A stretch of DNA of 61,924 nt from Candidatus Calescamantes bacterium (GTDB taxonomy: Bacteria; CAIJMQ01; JAADFP01), in contig JAGGYA010000018.1 of assembly GCA_021162785.1 (NCBI GenBank), positions 1-61,924 of the forward strand. The letters run 5' to 3'. The first letter of the stretch is position 1; each line of letters begins with the position of its first letter. Of the stretch, positions 9,863 through 20,223 are shown in pieces. The notes below the pieces were generated by a model. That model saw nothing but the letters and a program-made list of their open reading frames with translations, was not told the DNA's origin and did not search any database. The position numbers were made by a program, and so were the translations under genes.

Positions 9863-10416
9863 GGAAAGAGAACCTTCAGAAGAAGAGATTTTAACCTTTC
9901 TTTTTGTTCATTTAAGAGATGGGATAGAGATATACGAATCTGGGTTCTTCCCTGTTTAAGGAGAAGGTAATTCTCCTCATGGGTAAGGAGCTTAGCCTTC
10001 TTACCCTCTTTCTTCAGCCATTCTGAAGTGATGATATTGGCCCATTCCTCAGGAAGATAAACCTCTGCTTCGCCTTCTTCAAGTGAGGTGAGGAGACTTT
10101 TTCGGAGCCACTCTGAAAATTTCTCCTTATCCTCTTCCATCTCTTTAAGAGCAATTTGAAAAACCTCTTCTATTATCTCTCCCTTTAATGCAAGGGTTTT
10201 TCTTTCCTCTTCTCTCAAACATTCTTCCTTTTTCTTTTCACACTCTTCTTTTATTCTTTCCTCAAAACTCTTTAAAATCTTTTCTCTTAAAAGTTTACCC
10301 TCCTCTTCAAGTTTCTCTTTCTCTTTTTCAACCTTCTCCCGGGCTTCCCGAACAATCTCCTCTTTTTCCCTTTCTCCCTCTTCCACTATTTTCTTAATTA
10401 TCTCTTCCAGACCCAT
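9859..10416 (-). CDS. V/A-type ATP synthase subunit E
   Basis: MGLEEIIKKI coiled-coil N-terminus, ...LF C-terminus, position between K and C. Confidence 0.78.
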   Translation of the reverse strand: MGLEEIIKKIVEEGEREKEEIVREAREKVEKEKEKLEEEGKLLREKILKSFEERIKEECEKKKEECLREEERKTLALKGEIIEEVFQIALKEMEEDKEKFSEWLRKSLLTSLEEGEAEVYLPEEWANIITSEWLKKEGKKAKLLTHEENYLLLKQGRTQIRISLSHLLNEQKERLKSLLLKVLFP

Positions 10417-10418
10417 TT

Positions 10419-10901
<483 letters not shown>

Positions 10902-12854
10902 TTACCTCCTTTTCCAAATTGTATACTTCCCCTCAAGAGCAAGAGGAGTGAAGGGTTTCCCTCCTCCTTCAAAGAAATAAGGGAAAAATTCCACAAACTG
11001 AAGTCGGGCTGTATGCACAAAAGCACCCAAACCATTAATGGCAAGATTAAAAAGATGACCACAAACAAGAATAAGGCCCATAAGCGGGAATCCCAGAAAA
11101 GGAATTTGTTTGGTAATACCGGCAATGGTATTGACGACCATTCCAATAACACCAGTAGCAAGCCCTAAAGCCATTAAACGTGAATAAGAAAGCACATTAC
11201 CCACAAAGTCTTTAAATTTCCACAAAATACCTCCAGGAATGATTAAAAAACCAAGAAGTGGATTCTTATGCCTGAAAACAGAGGCAAAGGAAAGAAGAAA
11301 GCCGCAAGACATGAGTTTTAACCCTAAGAAGCCTTTGGGACTTCCTCTTCCCATGAAATAAAGTATTAAACCAGGTATCATAACCAGCCAGGAAAAATTC
11401 TCACCTATACCTTCCAGTATCTTCCCCTTTCTTAACTTATCGAAGAATTCAATACCTATGCCCACAAGTATGTGGGCAATTCCTAAGGAAAGAGCAAGGG
11501 TGAAGAAAAACATCAGGTTTTCCAGAGGGACAAATTTTATCAGACCTTCTTTCTTCAAAAAAGAAGGTAGATATTCCATAGGTATGGCAAACCATCCACC
11601 AGTAATGGTTCCCCAGAAAATAGCGGATAAACCTCCCAAAAGAAGAACTCCAATAATTTCTTTACCTACAGAAAGTTTCTTCAAAAGGAAAAGGGAAAGG
11701 ATGACCATAATAATTCCGTAACCTGCATCAGTAAGGCAAAGACCGAAAAATGCTGCAAAGAAGGGAGCTAAGAAGGGGGAAGGATCAACCTCACCATAGC
11801 GGGGGAGGGAATAGAGACGAGTAATAGCCTCGAAGGGTTTAAAGAAAATGGGGTTTTTTAAACTAACAGGAGGTTCTTCTCCTTCCTCAAGGGGTAAAGA
11901 GGTAAGATAAAAGGAAGGGAATTTTGTTTTTATAAGCTCTTCTAATTTTTTCCATTCTTCCTTCTTCACCCAGCCAATAAGGAGGAATGTGGATTTACTT
12001 TCCAGGGTTTCCTCATGAGCATACTCTTTGTTTAAAAGAAAAGTGAAATAGTCATAGATAATTTTAAGTGATCTTTCTTTCTGGAGGAGCTTCTCTATTT
12101 TTTCCATTATTTTTCTTTCTTCTTCCTCCTCCTCTTTCAGTTGTTTTTCCAAATCATTAAGTTCTTCCTGAGGAATTCTATCACCTCCAGGAGGTGAGAA
12201 TTCTTCCACGGGAAGATTTTTCAATAATTCCTGCAATTTTTCCTCTTCAGAAAAGTGATAGATAAGAAGGTAATAAAGAAAATTTCCCTCTTTCCCCACG
12301 AGTTCCAGATAGGTGAGGGGTAATGCAGAAATCCCTTCTTTTATAATTACATCATCCTTTTTTTTCCATTTCAGAAAAAGGAAACGGGTGGAAAAAGTGG
12401 GTTTTAAATCTGAGAAAGGTATTTCAAGTGTTAAAAAGGGGAGGATCTTTTCCTTTCTGCGTTCCAGAGCCTCTTTTCTTCTGACTATCTCTTCCCTTTC
12501 CTTCCTTAGTTTAAAAATTTCTTCACAAACTTCTCTCCATGCGAAAGTCTCTACAACTCTTTTCCCTTCTTCTTCATCAATTACAATTTTCTCGGGAATA
12601 ATCCCTGCAAACATTCCCTTCTCTTTAAAAGAAGATATGTCTTCCAGTGCACGGTCTATGATATGGAGATTTTCCTCAATCTCTCCTCTACGAGAGGAGG
12701 AGAGTTGAAAATACTTTAGATACTCTTTTTTATCCCTCTCTTCTCTTAAATCAAGAAGGTGTATTTCTTCTTCTCTTTGTATCCATTGCAAAAATTCTTC
12801 TTTTTCTTCTCTCAATCCCAAAATTCCTATTTTTTCCAGGGGAATAACAGCCAT
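10902..12854 (-). CDS. ntpI: V/A-type ATP synthase subunit I (a)
   Basis: GWV, PPV.L.N, P.Y.EVDP, DAGYG, LSYSRLMAL (essential Arg), RLQFVEFF..FF.GGG.PF.P. Confidence 0.95.
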   Translation of the reverse strand: MAVIPLEKIGILGLREEKEEFLQWIQREEEIHLLDLREERDKKEYLKYFQLSSSRRGEIEENLHIIDRALEDISSFKEKGMFAGIIPEKIVIDEEEGKRVVETFAWREVCEEIFKLRKEREEIVRRKEALERRKEKILPFLTLEIPFSDLKPTFSTRFLFLKWKKKDDVIIKEGISALPLTYLELVGKEGNFLYYLLIYHFSEEEKLQELLKNLPVEEFSPPGGDRIPQEELNDLEKQLKEEEEEERKIMEKIEKLLQKERSLKIIYDYFTFLLNKEYAHEETLESKSTFLLIGWVKKEEWKKLEELIKTKFPSFYLTSLPLEEGEEPPVSLKNPIFFKPFEAITRLYSLPRYGEVDPSPFLAPFFAAFFGLCLTDAGYGIIMVILSLFLLKKLSVGKEIIGVLLLGGLSAIFWGTITGGWFAIPMEYLPSFLKKEGLIKFVPLENLMFFFTLALSLGIAHILVGIGIEFFDKLRKGKILEGIGENFSWLVMIPGLILYFMGRGSPKGFLGLKLMSCGFLLSFASVFRHKNPLLGFLIIPGGILWKFKDFVGNVLSYSRLMALGLATGVIGMVVNTIAGITKQIPFLGFPLMGLILVCGHLFNLAINGLGAFVHTARLQFVEFFPYFFEGGGKPFTPLALEGKYTIWKRR

Positions 12855-13165
12855 CAGAAACCCAATTCTTTCTTCACCAATTCCACAGCCTCTTTTCTTC
12901 GTTTAAGAGCTTCTTTACGCATTTTTTCCCTTTTTTGCTCCCATTCCTTCCTTATTGCCTCCAATTCTTCCTCCAACAAGTTTAAACTTTTAACCCGCAT
13001 TCTTTCACCTTCTTCTTGAGCCTTTTTCTCTATTTCTTGTAAGTATTCACTTCGTTTTTTTATAAACTCATCCCATATCCTCTGTGCCTCCTTTTTCCCT
13101 TCCTCTATCAATCTTTCCCTCTTTTTTTCTGCAGTTTCAATTTCTTTAATGGTTGCCTCAATCAA
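12854..13165 (-). CDS. V/A-type ATP synthase subunit G/H (peripheral stalk)
   Basis: About 103-aa charged coiled coil (IK.IE.AE...) immediately upstream of subunit I. Confidence 0.7.
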   Translation of the reverse strand: MIEATIKEIETAEKKRERLIEEGKKEAQRIWDEFIKKRSEYLQEIEKKAQEEGERMRVKSLNLLEEELEAIRKEWEQKREKMRKEALKRRKEAVELVKKELGF

Positions 13166-13970
13166 TTTCTACCCCCAGTTTTTCCAGGATTCTCTCCAGA
13201 TCTTCAGAAGAGTAATATTCTATCACAAGCCTACCACCTTTCTTTTTCTCCTCCAAATAAACCCGGGTTCCCAATATCCTCTGCAATTCTTCAAGATAAG
13301 GAGGAGTAATCTTTGCTTTTACAGTTTTCCTTTTTCTGCGGGTTAATCTTTCTGTTTCTCGAACACTTAAATTCTGAAGCAGGATTCGCTTAAGCACCCT
13401 TTCTCTTTCCTTTTCTGGCAGAGAAAGAAGGACTCTTGCATGTCCTTCACTTATTTCTCCTTTTCTAAGAGCTTCCTTCACCGATTCTGGTAGTCTAAGT
13501 AATCTCAAAGTATTGGCCACAGAAGCACGACTTTTCCCCACTCGTTGTGCCACTTCTTCTTGAGTAAGACCAAACTTTTCCATTAACATAAGATATCCTT
13601 TTGCCCTCTCCAAAGGGTTAAGATCTTCCCTCTGGAGATTTTCTATTAAGCTCAATTCAATGGCTTCCTCATCATCTACTTCTTTTATTATTACGGGAAC
13701 CTTTTTAAGACCGGCTATCCCAGCTGCCCTAAATCTTCTTTCGCCAGCAATTATTTCGTATTTTTCACCTTTTTTCCTTACCAGTATTGGTTCAATTATT
13801 CCCTTTTCCCGAATGGAATTAGCCAATTCTTGAATTGCTGTCTCTTCAAAGCTTTCTCTGCTTTGAAAGGCAGAAGGAGATAAAAGGTCTATGGGGAGTT
13901 CACTCACACCCTCCCTTTTTTGAGAGGGTATGAGAGCCTCCAATCCTTTACCTAAGGCTTTTCTGGACAC
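13158..13970 (-). CDS. parB: Chromosome partitioning protein ParB/Spo0J
   Basis: ALGKGL.AL, IIAGERRFRAA, IENLQREDLNP.E.A, HTH VGKSRASVANTLRLL. Confidence 0.96.
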   Translation of the reverse strand: MSRKALGKGLEALIPSQKREGVSELPIDLLSPSAFQSRESFEETAIQELANSIREKGIIEPILVRKKGEKYEIIAGERRFRAAGIAGLKKVPVIIKEVDDEEAIELSLIENLQREDLNPLERAKGYLMLMEKFGLTQEEVAQRVGKSRASVANTLRLLRLPESVKEALRKGEISEGHARVLLSLPEKERERVLKRILLQNLSVRETERLTRRKRKTVKAKITPPYLEELQRILGTRVYLEEKKKGGRLVIEYYSSEDLERILEKLGVEID

Positions 13971-14724
13971 GTTTAATCACCTCTTTGGCAAGTTTTAAAT
14001 ATGCCTTTGAACCCTTACATCTCCGATCATAAAGTATAACCGGTTTCCCAAAACTGGGAGCTTCACTCACCTTTACATTCCGAGGAATCACTGTTCGAAA
14101 GACTTCTTCTCCAAAATAATTTCTGACTTCTTCCATTACTTGATAGGCAAGTCGAGTCCTCATATCAGCCATGGTGAGAAGAACTCCACAAATATCTACA
14201 GCATGATTAAATTCATATTTCACTCGGTCAATAATATTGAGTAATTCAGCCAATCCTTCCATTGCGTAAAATTCGCACTGGACAGGTATAAGAAGAAAAT
14301 CCGCTGCTACTAAAGCATTGACAGTTAAGAGGCCTAAGGAAGGGGGACAATCAATTAAGAGAAAATCATATTCTCCCTTAATCCCTTCTATTTTTTTCCG
14401 TAAAATCCCCTCCCTATTCTCCATCCAGACCAGCTCTACTTCAGCTCCTGCTAAATCCATATTTGAGGGGACTATCGTGAGTAGAGGTATTCCTGTGGGG
14501 ATAACCAAATCGGAGAATCTTTTTTCTCCAATTAATGCGTGATAAATTGTGTATCTCAATCGATTCTTTTCTATACCTAAGCCAGTAGTGGCATTCCCTT
14601 GAGGATCAAGATCTATTAAGAGGGTTTTCTTCTTGTGCAGAGATAGGGCTGTGGAAAGATTTATAGCAGTAGTAGTTTTACCCACTCCTCCCTTTTGATT
14701 AACTACAGTGATTATTACTCCCAT
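13948..14724 (-). CDS. parA: Chromosome partitioning ATPase ParA/Soj
   Basis: NQKGGVGKTTT deviant Walker A, DLDPQGNAT, IDCPPSLG, EAPSFG. Confidence 0.97.
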   Translation of the reverse strand: MGVIITVVNQKGGVGKTTTAINLSTALSLHKKKTLLIDLDPQGNATTGLGIEKNRLRYTIYHALIGEKRFSDLVIPTGIPLLTIVPSNMDLAGAEVELVWMENREGILRKKIEGIKGEYDFLLIDCPPSLGLLTVNALVAADFLLIPVQCEFYAMEGLAELLNIIDRVKYEFNHAVDICGVLLTMADMRTRLAYQVMEEVRNYFGEEVFRTVIPRNVKVSEAPSFGKPVILYDRRCKGSKAYLKLAKEVIKRVQKSLR

Positions 14725-14735
14725 GGGTTGGCATA

Positions 14736-14764
14736 ATACTATCAGATGAAAAAACTGGGGTCAA
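14736..14764 (-). promoter_or_regulatory. Putative sigma70 promoter of parAB
   Basis: Minus strand: TTGACC, 17-bp spacer, TGn-TAGTAT; ATG 11 nt later. Confidence 0.6.
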
Positions 14765-14767
14765 TTT

Positions 14768-14783
14768 TGTTTCACGTGAAACA
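14768..14783. promoter_or_regulatory. parS: parS centromere-like site
   Basis: Perfect 16-bp palindrome TGTTTCACGTGAAACA, the canonical parS consensus, in the intergenic region upstream of parA. Confidence 0.95.
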
Positions 14784-14793
14784 TTTATCTCAA

Positions 14794-15852
14794 TCACTTG
14801 ATATTCAATAACTTTTTCAGAATATCTTTTATTTCCTCTCCCACAGGAAGAGGCAAAATTGAATAATTGGGATGATTTAAGGTCCCAGTCATTCTCACTC
14901 TTATAAGGGCATTTCCTACATTGTCTATTATTAATCCTACAATTTCAGTTAGAGGAGTAAATCTAAGGAGTTCTTTAGTGAAATAAAGAGAGATAAGGAG
15001 GTCAACCTTCCGATTCCAACCAATGTATCCTTTAGCAAGAACTGATACTCCCTTACCCCATAATCTCAAATTTTGGGTATAGGCATATCCATGACGAATA
15101 TCAAATTCACCTTCCGCTGAGATTAAAGCTATTCGGGTAGGTTTCCCAGTAAAAATTAAAGAAAAAATGTCTAAAAGATAGGGTATCTTACCCAGTTCTC
15201 CTTCTCTTATCTTTAAGGTAGCTTCCCCATTAATGGTGGAAGGATCTTTAATCTTACCCCTGAGTTTGAAATCCAAGTCTAATTTCCCTTCAAAGCGATC
15301 TGTATAAAAAACTTGAGAGAGGGAAACATCTCTTCCCTTCCCCGACAAATCAAAGGTGGGAGATGCTGTGGTAAGAAAGGAACCGTAAATATGAATTTTC
15401 CCTCCTCCCCACTCCCCCTTGAGATAATCAAGAAATACTCTTTTACCATCCCAGCGTAAAGAGATTTCAAGATTCTCTATTTGAATAAGTGAGATCTTAC
15501 AGGAAGGAGATTCAATAACAAAATACATGATACAACTTTTACCTTCTCTCCGAATATCGATATCTTTTATCACTACCTCCTCTGCGTCAATAGTCAATTT
15601 CTTTTTTTCCGATGAAACCCTTAAATTGTGGATTATTGCTTCTCCTTTCACACGTAAAATCTCTCCCTTACTTTGAAGTGTAATAGAAGGAGAAACCTCT
15701 CCCTCTATTTTCCATTCGGGGAATAAAGAAGGGAAAAAACCTTTTAATACCTTAAGCGGGAATTTTTCTCCCTCCAAAGTGAAATTAAATTGATAGGGAA
15801 GGAGAAGGAAAGGAACTAAGAGGAAGAAGAGGGTGAGAATCTTAGAATACAT
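14794..15852 (-). CDS. AsmA-like C-terminal domain protein (beta-taco repeat envelope protein)
   Basis: N-terminal hydrophobic segment; beta-rich repeats; G.G.I...G, 'MTGTLNHP' C-terminal pattern typical of the AsmA_2 region. Confidence 0.6.
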   Translation of the reverse strand: MYSKILTLFFLLVPFLLLPYQFNFTLEGEKFPLKVLKGFFPSLFPEWKIEGEVSPSITLQSKGEILRVKGEAIIHNLRVSSEKKKLTIDAEEVVIKDIDIRREGKSCIMYFVIESPSCKISLIQIENLEISLRWDGKRVFLDYLKGEWGGGKIHIYGSFLTTASPTFDLSGKGRDVSLSQVFYTDRFEGKLDLDFKLRGKIKDPSTINGEATLKIREGELGKIPYLLDIFSLIFTGKPTRIALISAEGEFDIRHGYAYTQNLRLWGKGVSVLAKGYIGWNRKVDLLISLYFTKELLRFTPLTEIVGLIIDNVGNALIRVRMTGTLNHPNYSILPLPVGEEIKDILKKLLNIK

Positions 15853-17489
15853 ACCTGTTCTATTATACTCAGAATACTATTTGTAAACCAGTATAGGACC
15901 AATCCGGAAGGGAAATTGTAGAAAATAAACACGAAAAAGATAGGCATAAAGGTTGAGAGAAATGGATTTGAGGTATCCTTGGCAGAAGTCAATCTTTGTT
16001 GGAAAAACATGGTAATTCCCATTAAGATTGGGAGAAGATGTAAGGAAAATCCACCTATTTGAAGAAAATTGTCAGGGAGGGAAAGGTCTTTTATCCAAGA
16101 AATAAAAGGTGCTCCCCGGAGTTCTATGGCACTTCTTAGAGTTGTAAAAAGAGCAATAAAAACGGGCATTTGAAAGAGCATAGGTAAACATCCACCCATA
16201 GGGTTTACTCCATGTTTTCGGTAGAGTTCCATAATCTCCCGATTTAACTTTTTTGGATCATTTTGATATTTCTTTCTGAGTGCTTCAATCTCCGGATGGA
16301 GTTTTTGCATTATCTTCATGGAATGAAAACTCTTCCAGCTTAAAGGGAAAAGAATAAGATTGATTACTAAAGTAAGGAGGATTATTGCCCAACCATAGTT
16401 ATGGGTTAAATGATAAAAGAAATTCAAAATATAAATTATTCGAAAGAGATTCCCAAATTTACCAAAATCTATAAGAAGAGGAAGAGTAGGGGATATTAAT
16501 TTAAGATCATCCACTTTCTTAGGACCAAGATATAAAAAGAACTCCACACTTCTTTCTTTTTCTTTTGAAGGGGTAAGAAACTCCCATTTAAGTCCTGCAG
16601 TCCCTTCTTTGAACTCATTAAAGGTAAAACATGCGATTTCGCAGGGAGTGGAAGTTATGAGTACCTGAGTAAAATAAGGGTTTTGAACTGCTACCCATTC
16701 AACTTTTCCATATTTAAGTATCTGCCTCGTTGTATTCCCGGTTCTTCTGGGTAGAGAAATCCTCACTAATTTCCCATCTATCCAGCCCAAGGGTCCCTGG
16801 TATCCATAATATCTCCCTCCCTCAGGATATCCCACATCTGGCCCTACCATGACCAATAAATTACCTGGGGGGAGGGGGGAATTACTGTAAAGGGTTATTT
16901 TTGCCTTTATAAGGTAAGGATTAGGGGTAAGAGAAAACTCTTTTATTACCTGAATCTCTTGGGTATTGCTCTCCAGTATTATTTTCCCCTTCTCTTTTCT
17001 TAAAATATAAGAAGCCTCTTTTCCATCTTTAAAAATTGTTTTATGATCAGGAGTTTCATAGATTAAATAAGGTGGGTACTTCTGGTGAAACTTCTCCGCA
17101 AAAGAGATAAGTTCCACATTCTTCCCTTTCTGATGGGTAAAATATTTAATGGATTCCTCTAACTTCAATAATTGATAAGCCAAAATTTTTAAGGTTTCTT
17201 TTTTTGCCCTCAATATAGCAGATCTTATTTTTTCCTTTTCTTGAAAAAGATTTTTTAATCCATAATCTCTTTCCTTATACTGGGTAAGTTGGCAGGAGAA
17301 AAAACCTCCCCAGCTACTGGGCTGAAGTCTCCCCCATGAAGTTTCCCATAAGATTCTCTCGCTTAAGGAGGGAAGAGAAGGAGGATTAATTTGGGGAAGA
17401 CTTATTTTTTCTTTTTTGGGGGGTGGAGGATGAAATAACATTAAAAATAAAAAAAGGAGTAAGAAGATTAATAGGATCCTTTTCTCCAT
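15816..17489 (-). CDS. yidC: Membrane protein insertase YidC
   Basis: FLYLGPK, IDFG, NYGWAIILLT, GVNPMGGCLPML.QMP, WI.DLS.PD, GLVLYW; large periplasmic domain. Confidence 0.95.
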   Translation of the reverse strand: MEKRILLIFLLLFLFLMLFHPPPPKKEKISLPQINPPSLPSLSERILWETSWGRLQPSSWGGFFSCQLTQYKERDYGLKNLFQEKEKIRSAILRAKKETLKILAYQLLKLEESIKYFTHQKGKNVELISFAEKFHQKYPPYLIYETPDHKTIFKDGKEASYILRKEKGKIILESNTQEIQVIKEFSLTPNPYLIKAKITLYSNSPLPPGNLLVMVGPDVGYPEGGRYYGYQGPLGWIDGKLVRISLPRRTGNTTRQILKYGKVEWVAVQNPYFTQVLITSTPCEIACFTFNEFKEGTAGLKWEFLTPSKEKERSVEFFLYLGPKKVDDLKLISPTLPLLIDFGKFGNLFRIIYILNFFYHLTHNYGWAIILLTLVINLILFPLSWKSFHSMKIMQKLHPEIEALRKKYQNDPKKLNREIMELYRKHGVNPMGGCLPMLFQMPVFIALFTTLRSAIELRGAPFISWIKDLSLPDNFLQIGGFSLHLLPILMGITMFFQQRLTSAKDTSNPFLSTFMPIFFVFIFYNFPSGLVLYWFTNSILSIIEQVCILRFSPSSSS

Positions 17490-17491
17490 TA

Positions 17492-17701
17492 TTACTCTAC
17501 TGGATCGTAGCCCCCAGGATTAAAAGGATGGCAGGAGAGTAGTCTTTTTATACCTAAGCAGATTCCTTTTATTAATCCCTTTTTCTCCACTGCTTGAATA
17601 AAGTATTCAGAACAGGTAGGGGTGAAGCGACAACGGGAGGGGAAGAGAGGGGAAATACACAATTGGTATAATCTTACTGCTGAGATAAGCAACTTACTCA
17701 T
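17492..17701 (-). CDS. yidD: Membrane protein insertion efficiency factor YidD
   Basis: YQ..ISP...[22 protein letters not shown]. Confidence 0.95.
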   Translation of the reverse strand: MSKLLISAVRLYQLCISPLFPSRCRFTPTCSEYFIQAVEKKGLIKGICLGIKRLLSCHPFNPGGYDPVE

Positions 17702-17832
17702 ACGGTGAGCCTGCTTCTTCCCTTTCTTCTTCTCCTTAAAAGTATTCTCCTTCCTCCCGGTGAAGAAGAGCGAGCCAGAAACCCGTGTTTTCTTTTTCTT
17801 TTACGGTTGTGGGGTTGATATGTTCTTTTCAT
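17698..17832 (-). CDS. rpmH: 50S ribosomal protein L34
   Basis: Manual translation [44 protein letters not shown] (44 aa, below the ORF-track cutoff). AAGGAG SD; ATGA overlap with yidD. Confidence 0.95.
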   Translation of the reverse strand: MKRTYQPHNRKRKRKHGFLARSSSPGGRRILLRRRRKGRSRLTV

Positions 17833-17851
17833 GGTTTAACTCCTTATATAT

Positions 17852-20221
17852 TTAACTTTCTGCCACAGCAAGTGAAAGTTCAGAAAGTGTCCAATCTTTC
17901 CCCAGGGCAATTTTTAATACTTCATCCACTGTTTCCGCACCTATAATCTCCAGTTCCTTTTTCACATAGGGTGGGATTTCCACTAAATCCTTTTCATTAT
18001 CCTTAGGGATGATAACCTTCTTTATCCCTCCTCGATGAGCAGCAAGAATCTTTGTCTTTATACCTCCTACAGGAAGGACTTTACCTCTTAAAGTGATTTC
18101 ACCCGTCATAGCCAGTTGATTATCCACGGGAATTTGGGTAAGTGCAGAAGCCATTGCTGTAAGCATGGCCACTCCTGCAGAGGGGCCATCCTTGGGAATT
18201 GCACCTTCAGGCACATGAACATGTATATCCACTTTTTCATAAATTTCCTCATTAATTCCCAACTGCCGAGAACGAGAACGTATGAAACTCAAGGCAGCTT
18301 GTGCTGATTCTTTCATCACTTCACCCAATTTCCCGGTTAATATGAGATTACCTTTACCCTTCATAACCGTTGCTTCTACCGCAAGGATCTCACCACCTGC
18401 TTCTGTCCAGGCTAAACCCATCACTACACCAACTTCTTTTTTAGCTTCTGGGAAGAGATAGCGGAACCGAGGAGGCCCCAGGAACTTTTCCAGCATCTTT
18501 TCTGTCACCCTGAATTTCTTTTTCCTTTTTTTCTCAACCTTTTCTCGGGCTAATTTCCTCAATACAGAGGCAATTTCTCTTTCCAGATTACGCACCCCTG
18601 CTTCTCGCGTATATTCTCTGATTATCTTTCTTATTGCTGCTTCAGAGAAGGTCACCTCACCTTTTTTAAATCCGTGGGCCTTTAATTGCTTAGGAATGAG
18701 GAATTTTTCAGCAATTTTTACTTTTTCCTCCTCAGTATATCCAGAAAATTCTATGACTTCCATGCGGTCAAGAAGAGGAGGGGGGATAGTATAAGTTGTA
18801 TTAGCGGTGGTTATAAACATTACCTGAGAGAGATCAAAGTCTACATCCAAATAATGGTCGTTAAAGGCATGGTTTTGTTCAGGATCTAAAACTTCTAAAA
18901 GGGCAGCAGAAGGGTCGCCACGAAAATCCACACTCATTTTATCCACTTCATCTAAAAGGAAAACTGGGTTCTTCGTTCCCGCTCTCCTCATCCCTTGAAT
19001 GATCTTTCCAGGTAAAGCACCCACATAGGTTCTCCGATGACCTCTAATCTCTGCTTCATCTCTAACACCCCCCAAGGAAACTCTCACAAATTTTCTACCT
19101 AAGGCTCTGGCAATAGATTTGGCCACAGATGTTTTACCTACACCAGGTGGGCCAACAAAACACAGGATGGGACCTTTGGTACTCCGAGCATTCTTCCTCA
19201 CTGCCAAAAATTCAAGCACTCTTTCCTTCACCTTTTCCAATCCATAGTGGTCCTCATCCAGTATACGATGGGCTCTTTTAAGGTCGAGTTTATCTCGAGT
19301 GGCTTCTTTCCAGGGCATGGAAGTTAACCAGTCAAGATAGTTCCTCACTACGGTAGCCTCTGGAGAGAAAGGCATCATTTTGGTAAGTCTTTCCAGTTCA
19401 TTGAGGGCTTTTTTCTTCACTTCTTCAGGCATACCACAGGTATTTATCTTTTCTCTGAAAGCAGCAATCTCAGGATCTTCTTCTCTACCAAGTTCTTTCT
19501 GAATAGCTTTCATCTGCTCTTGAAGATAAAATTCCTTCTGAGTTTTTCCTATCTGTTCTCTAACCCTATCCTGAATACGTTTTTCCAGTTCCAATATTTC
19601 TATCTCACCATTCAAAATTTCAGAGAGTCTTTGGAGTCTTTCCTTAATATTAAATGCTTCCAGTATCTTCTGCTTAGTCTCTACCTTCACTAATATATGG
19701 CTGGCTATCACATCTGCAAGTCTCCTGGGATCTTCTATTTGCTGAACAGTGTTTATAAATTCATCTGGCATTTTGGGATTCAACTTAACATATCTTTCGA
19801 ACTGATCTTTGACAGCTCTGGTAAGGGCTTCCAGTTCCCGAGTGATAAAGGGTGTCTTTTCTTCCCAAACTAAAACTTCTACTTGGAAATATTCATCAGT
19901 CTTTAGAAATCTCTCCACTTTTCCTCTTTTGGCACCTTCCACAAGCAGTTTTATAGTATTGTCGGGAAGTTTTATTACCTGGAGAATATTGGCGATTGTT
20001 CCTACCGTATACAAATCTTCAATAGTGGGATTTTCTTTTGCAGCTTCTTTCTGGGTAAGGAGGAAAATCTTCCTTCCAGATTTCATTGCCTCCGCAACCG
20101 CTCTTATAGATTTTGGTCTTCCTACTAAAAGGGGAACAATCATGTGGGGGAAGATCACTATATCCCTCAATGGGACCATATAGAAGATAGAAGTTCTCGG
20201 AGTATGAAGAACACGTGTCAT
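17852..20221 (-). CDS. lon: ATP-dependent protease La (Lon), copy 1
   Basis: PLRD..IFP N-domain, GPPGVGKTS Walker [16 protein letters not shown] catalytic Ser, GGIKTK Lys. Confidence 0.97.
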   Translation of the reverse strand: MTRVLHTPRTSIFYMVPLRDIVIFPHMIVPLLVGRPKSIRAVAEAMKSGRKIFLLTQKEAAKENPTIEDLYTVGTIANILQVIKLPDNTIKLLVEGAKRGKVERFLKTDEYFQVEVLVWEEKTPFITRELEALTRAVKDQFERYVKLNPKMPDEFINTVQQIEDPRRLADVIASHILVKVETKQKILEAFNIKERLQRLSEILNGEIEILELEKRIQDRVREQIGKTQKEFYLQEQMKAIQKELGREEDPEIAAFREKINTCGMPEEVKKKALNELERLTKMMPFSPEATVVRNYLDWLTSMPWKEATRDKLDLKRAHRILDEDHYGLEKVKERVLEFLAVRKNARSTKGPILCFVGPPGVGKTSVAKSIARALGRKFVRVSLGGVRDEAEIRGHRRTYVGALPGKIIQGMRRAGTKNPVFLLDEVDKMSVDFRGDPSAALLEVLDPEQNHAFNDHYLDVDFDLSQVMFITTANTTYTIPPPLLDRMEVIEFSGYTEEEKVKIAEKFLIPKQLKAHGFKKGEVTFSEAAIRKIIREYTREAGVRNLEREIASVLRKLAREKVEKKRKKKFRVTEKMLEKFLGPPRFRYLFPEAKKEVGVVMGLAWTEAGGEILAVEATVMKGKGNLILTGKLGEVMKESAQAALSFIRSRSRQLGINEEIYEKVDIHVHVPEGAIPKDGPSAGVAMLTAMASALTQIPVDNQLAMTGEITLRGKVLPVGGIKTKILAAHRGGIKKVIIPKDNEKDLVEIPPYVKKELEIIGAETVDEVLKIALGKDWTLSELSLAVAES

Positions 20222-20223
20222 AC

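Noticed and set aside
17833-17851. oriC expected upstream of rpmH
   Set aside because: Only 19 bp with an SD and no DnaA-box cluster; the TTATCCAC-like matches I noticed are isolated and inside coding sequence.
18900-19160. DNA similarity to about 44850-45130 as a possible repeat or misassembly
   Set aside because: Explained by the conserved AAA+ cores of two Lon paralogs with many synonymous differences.
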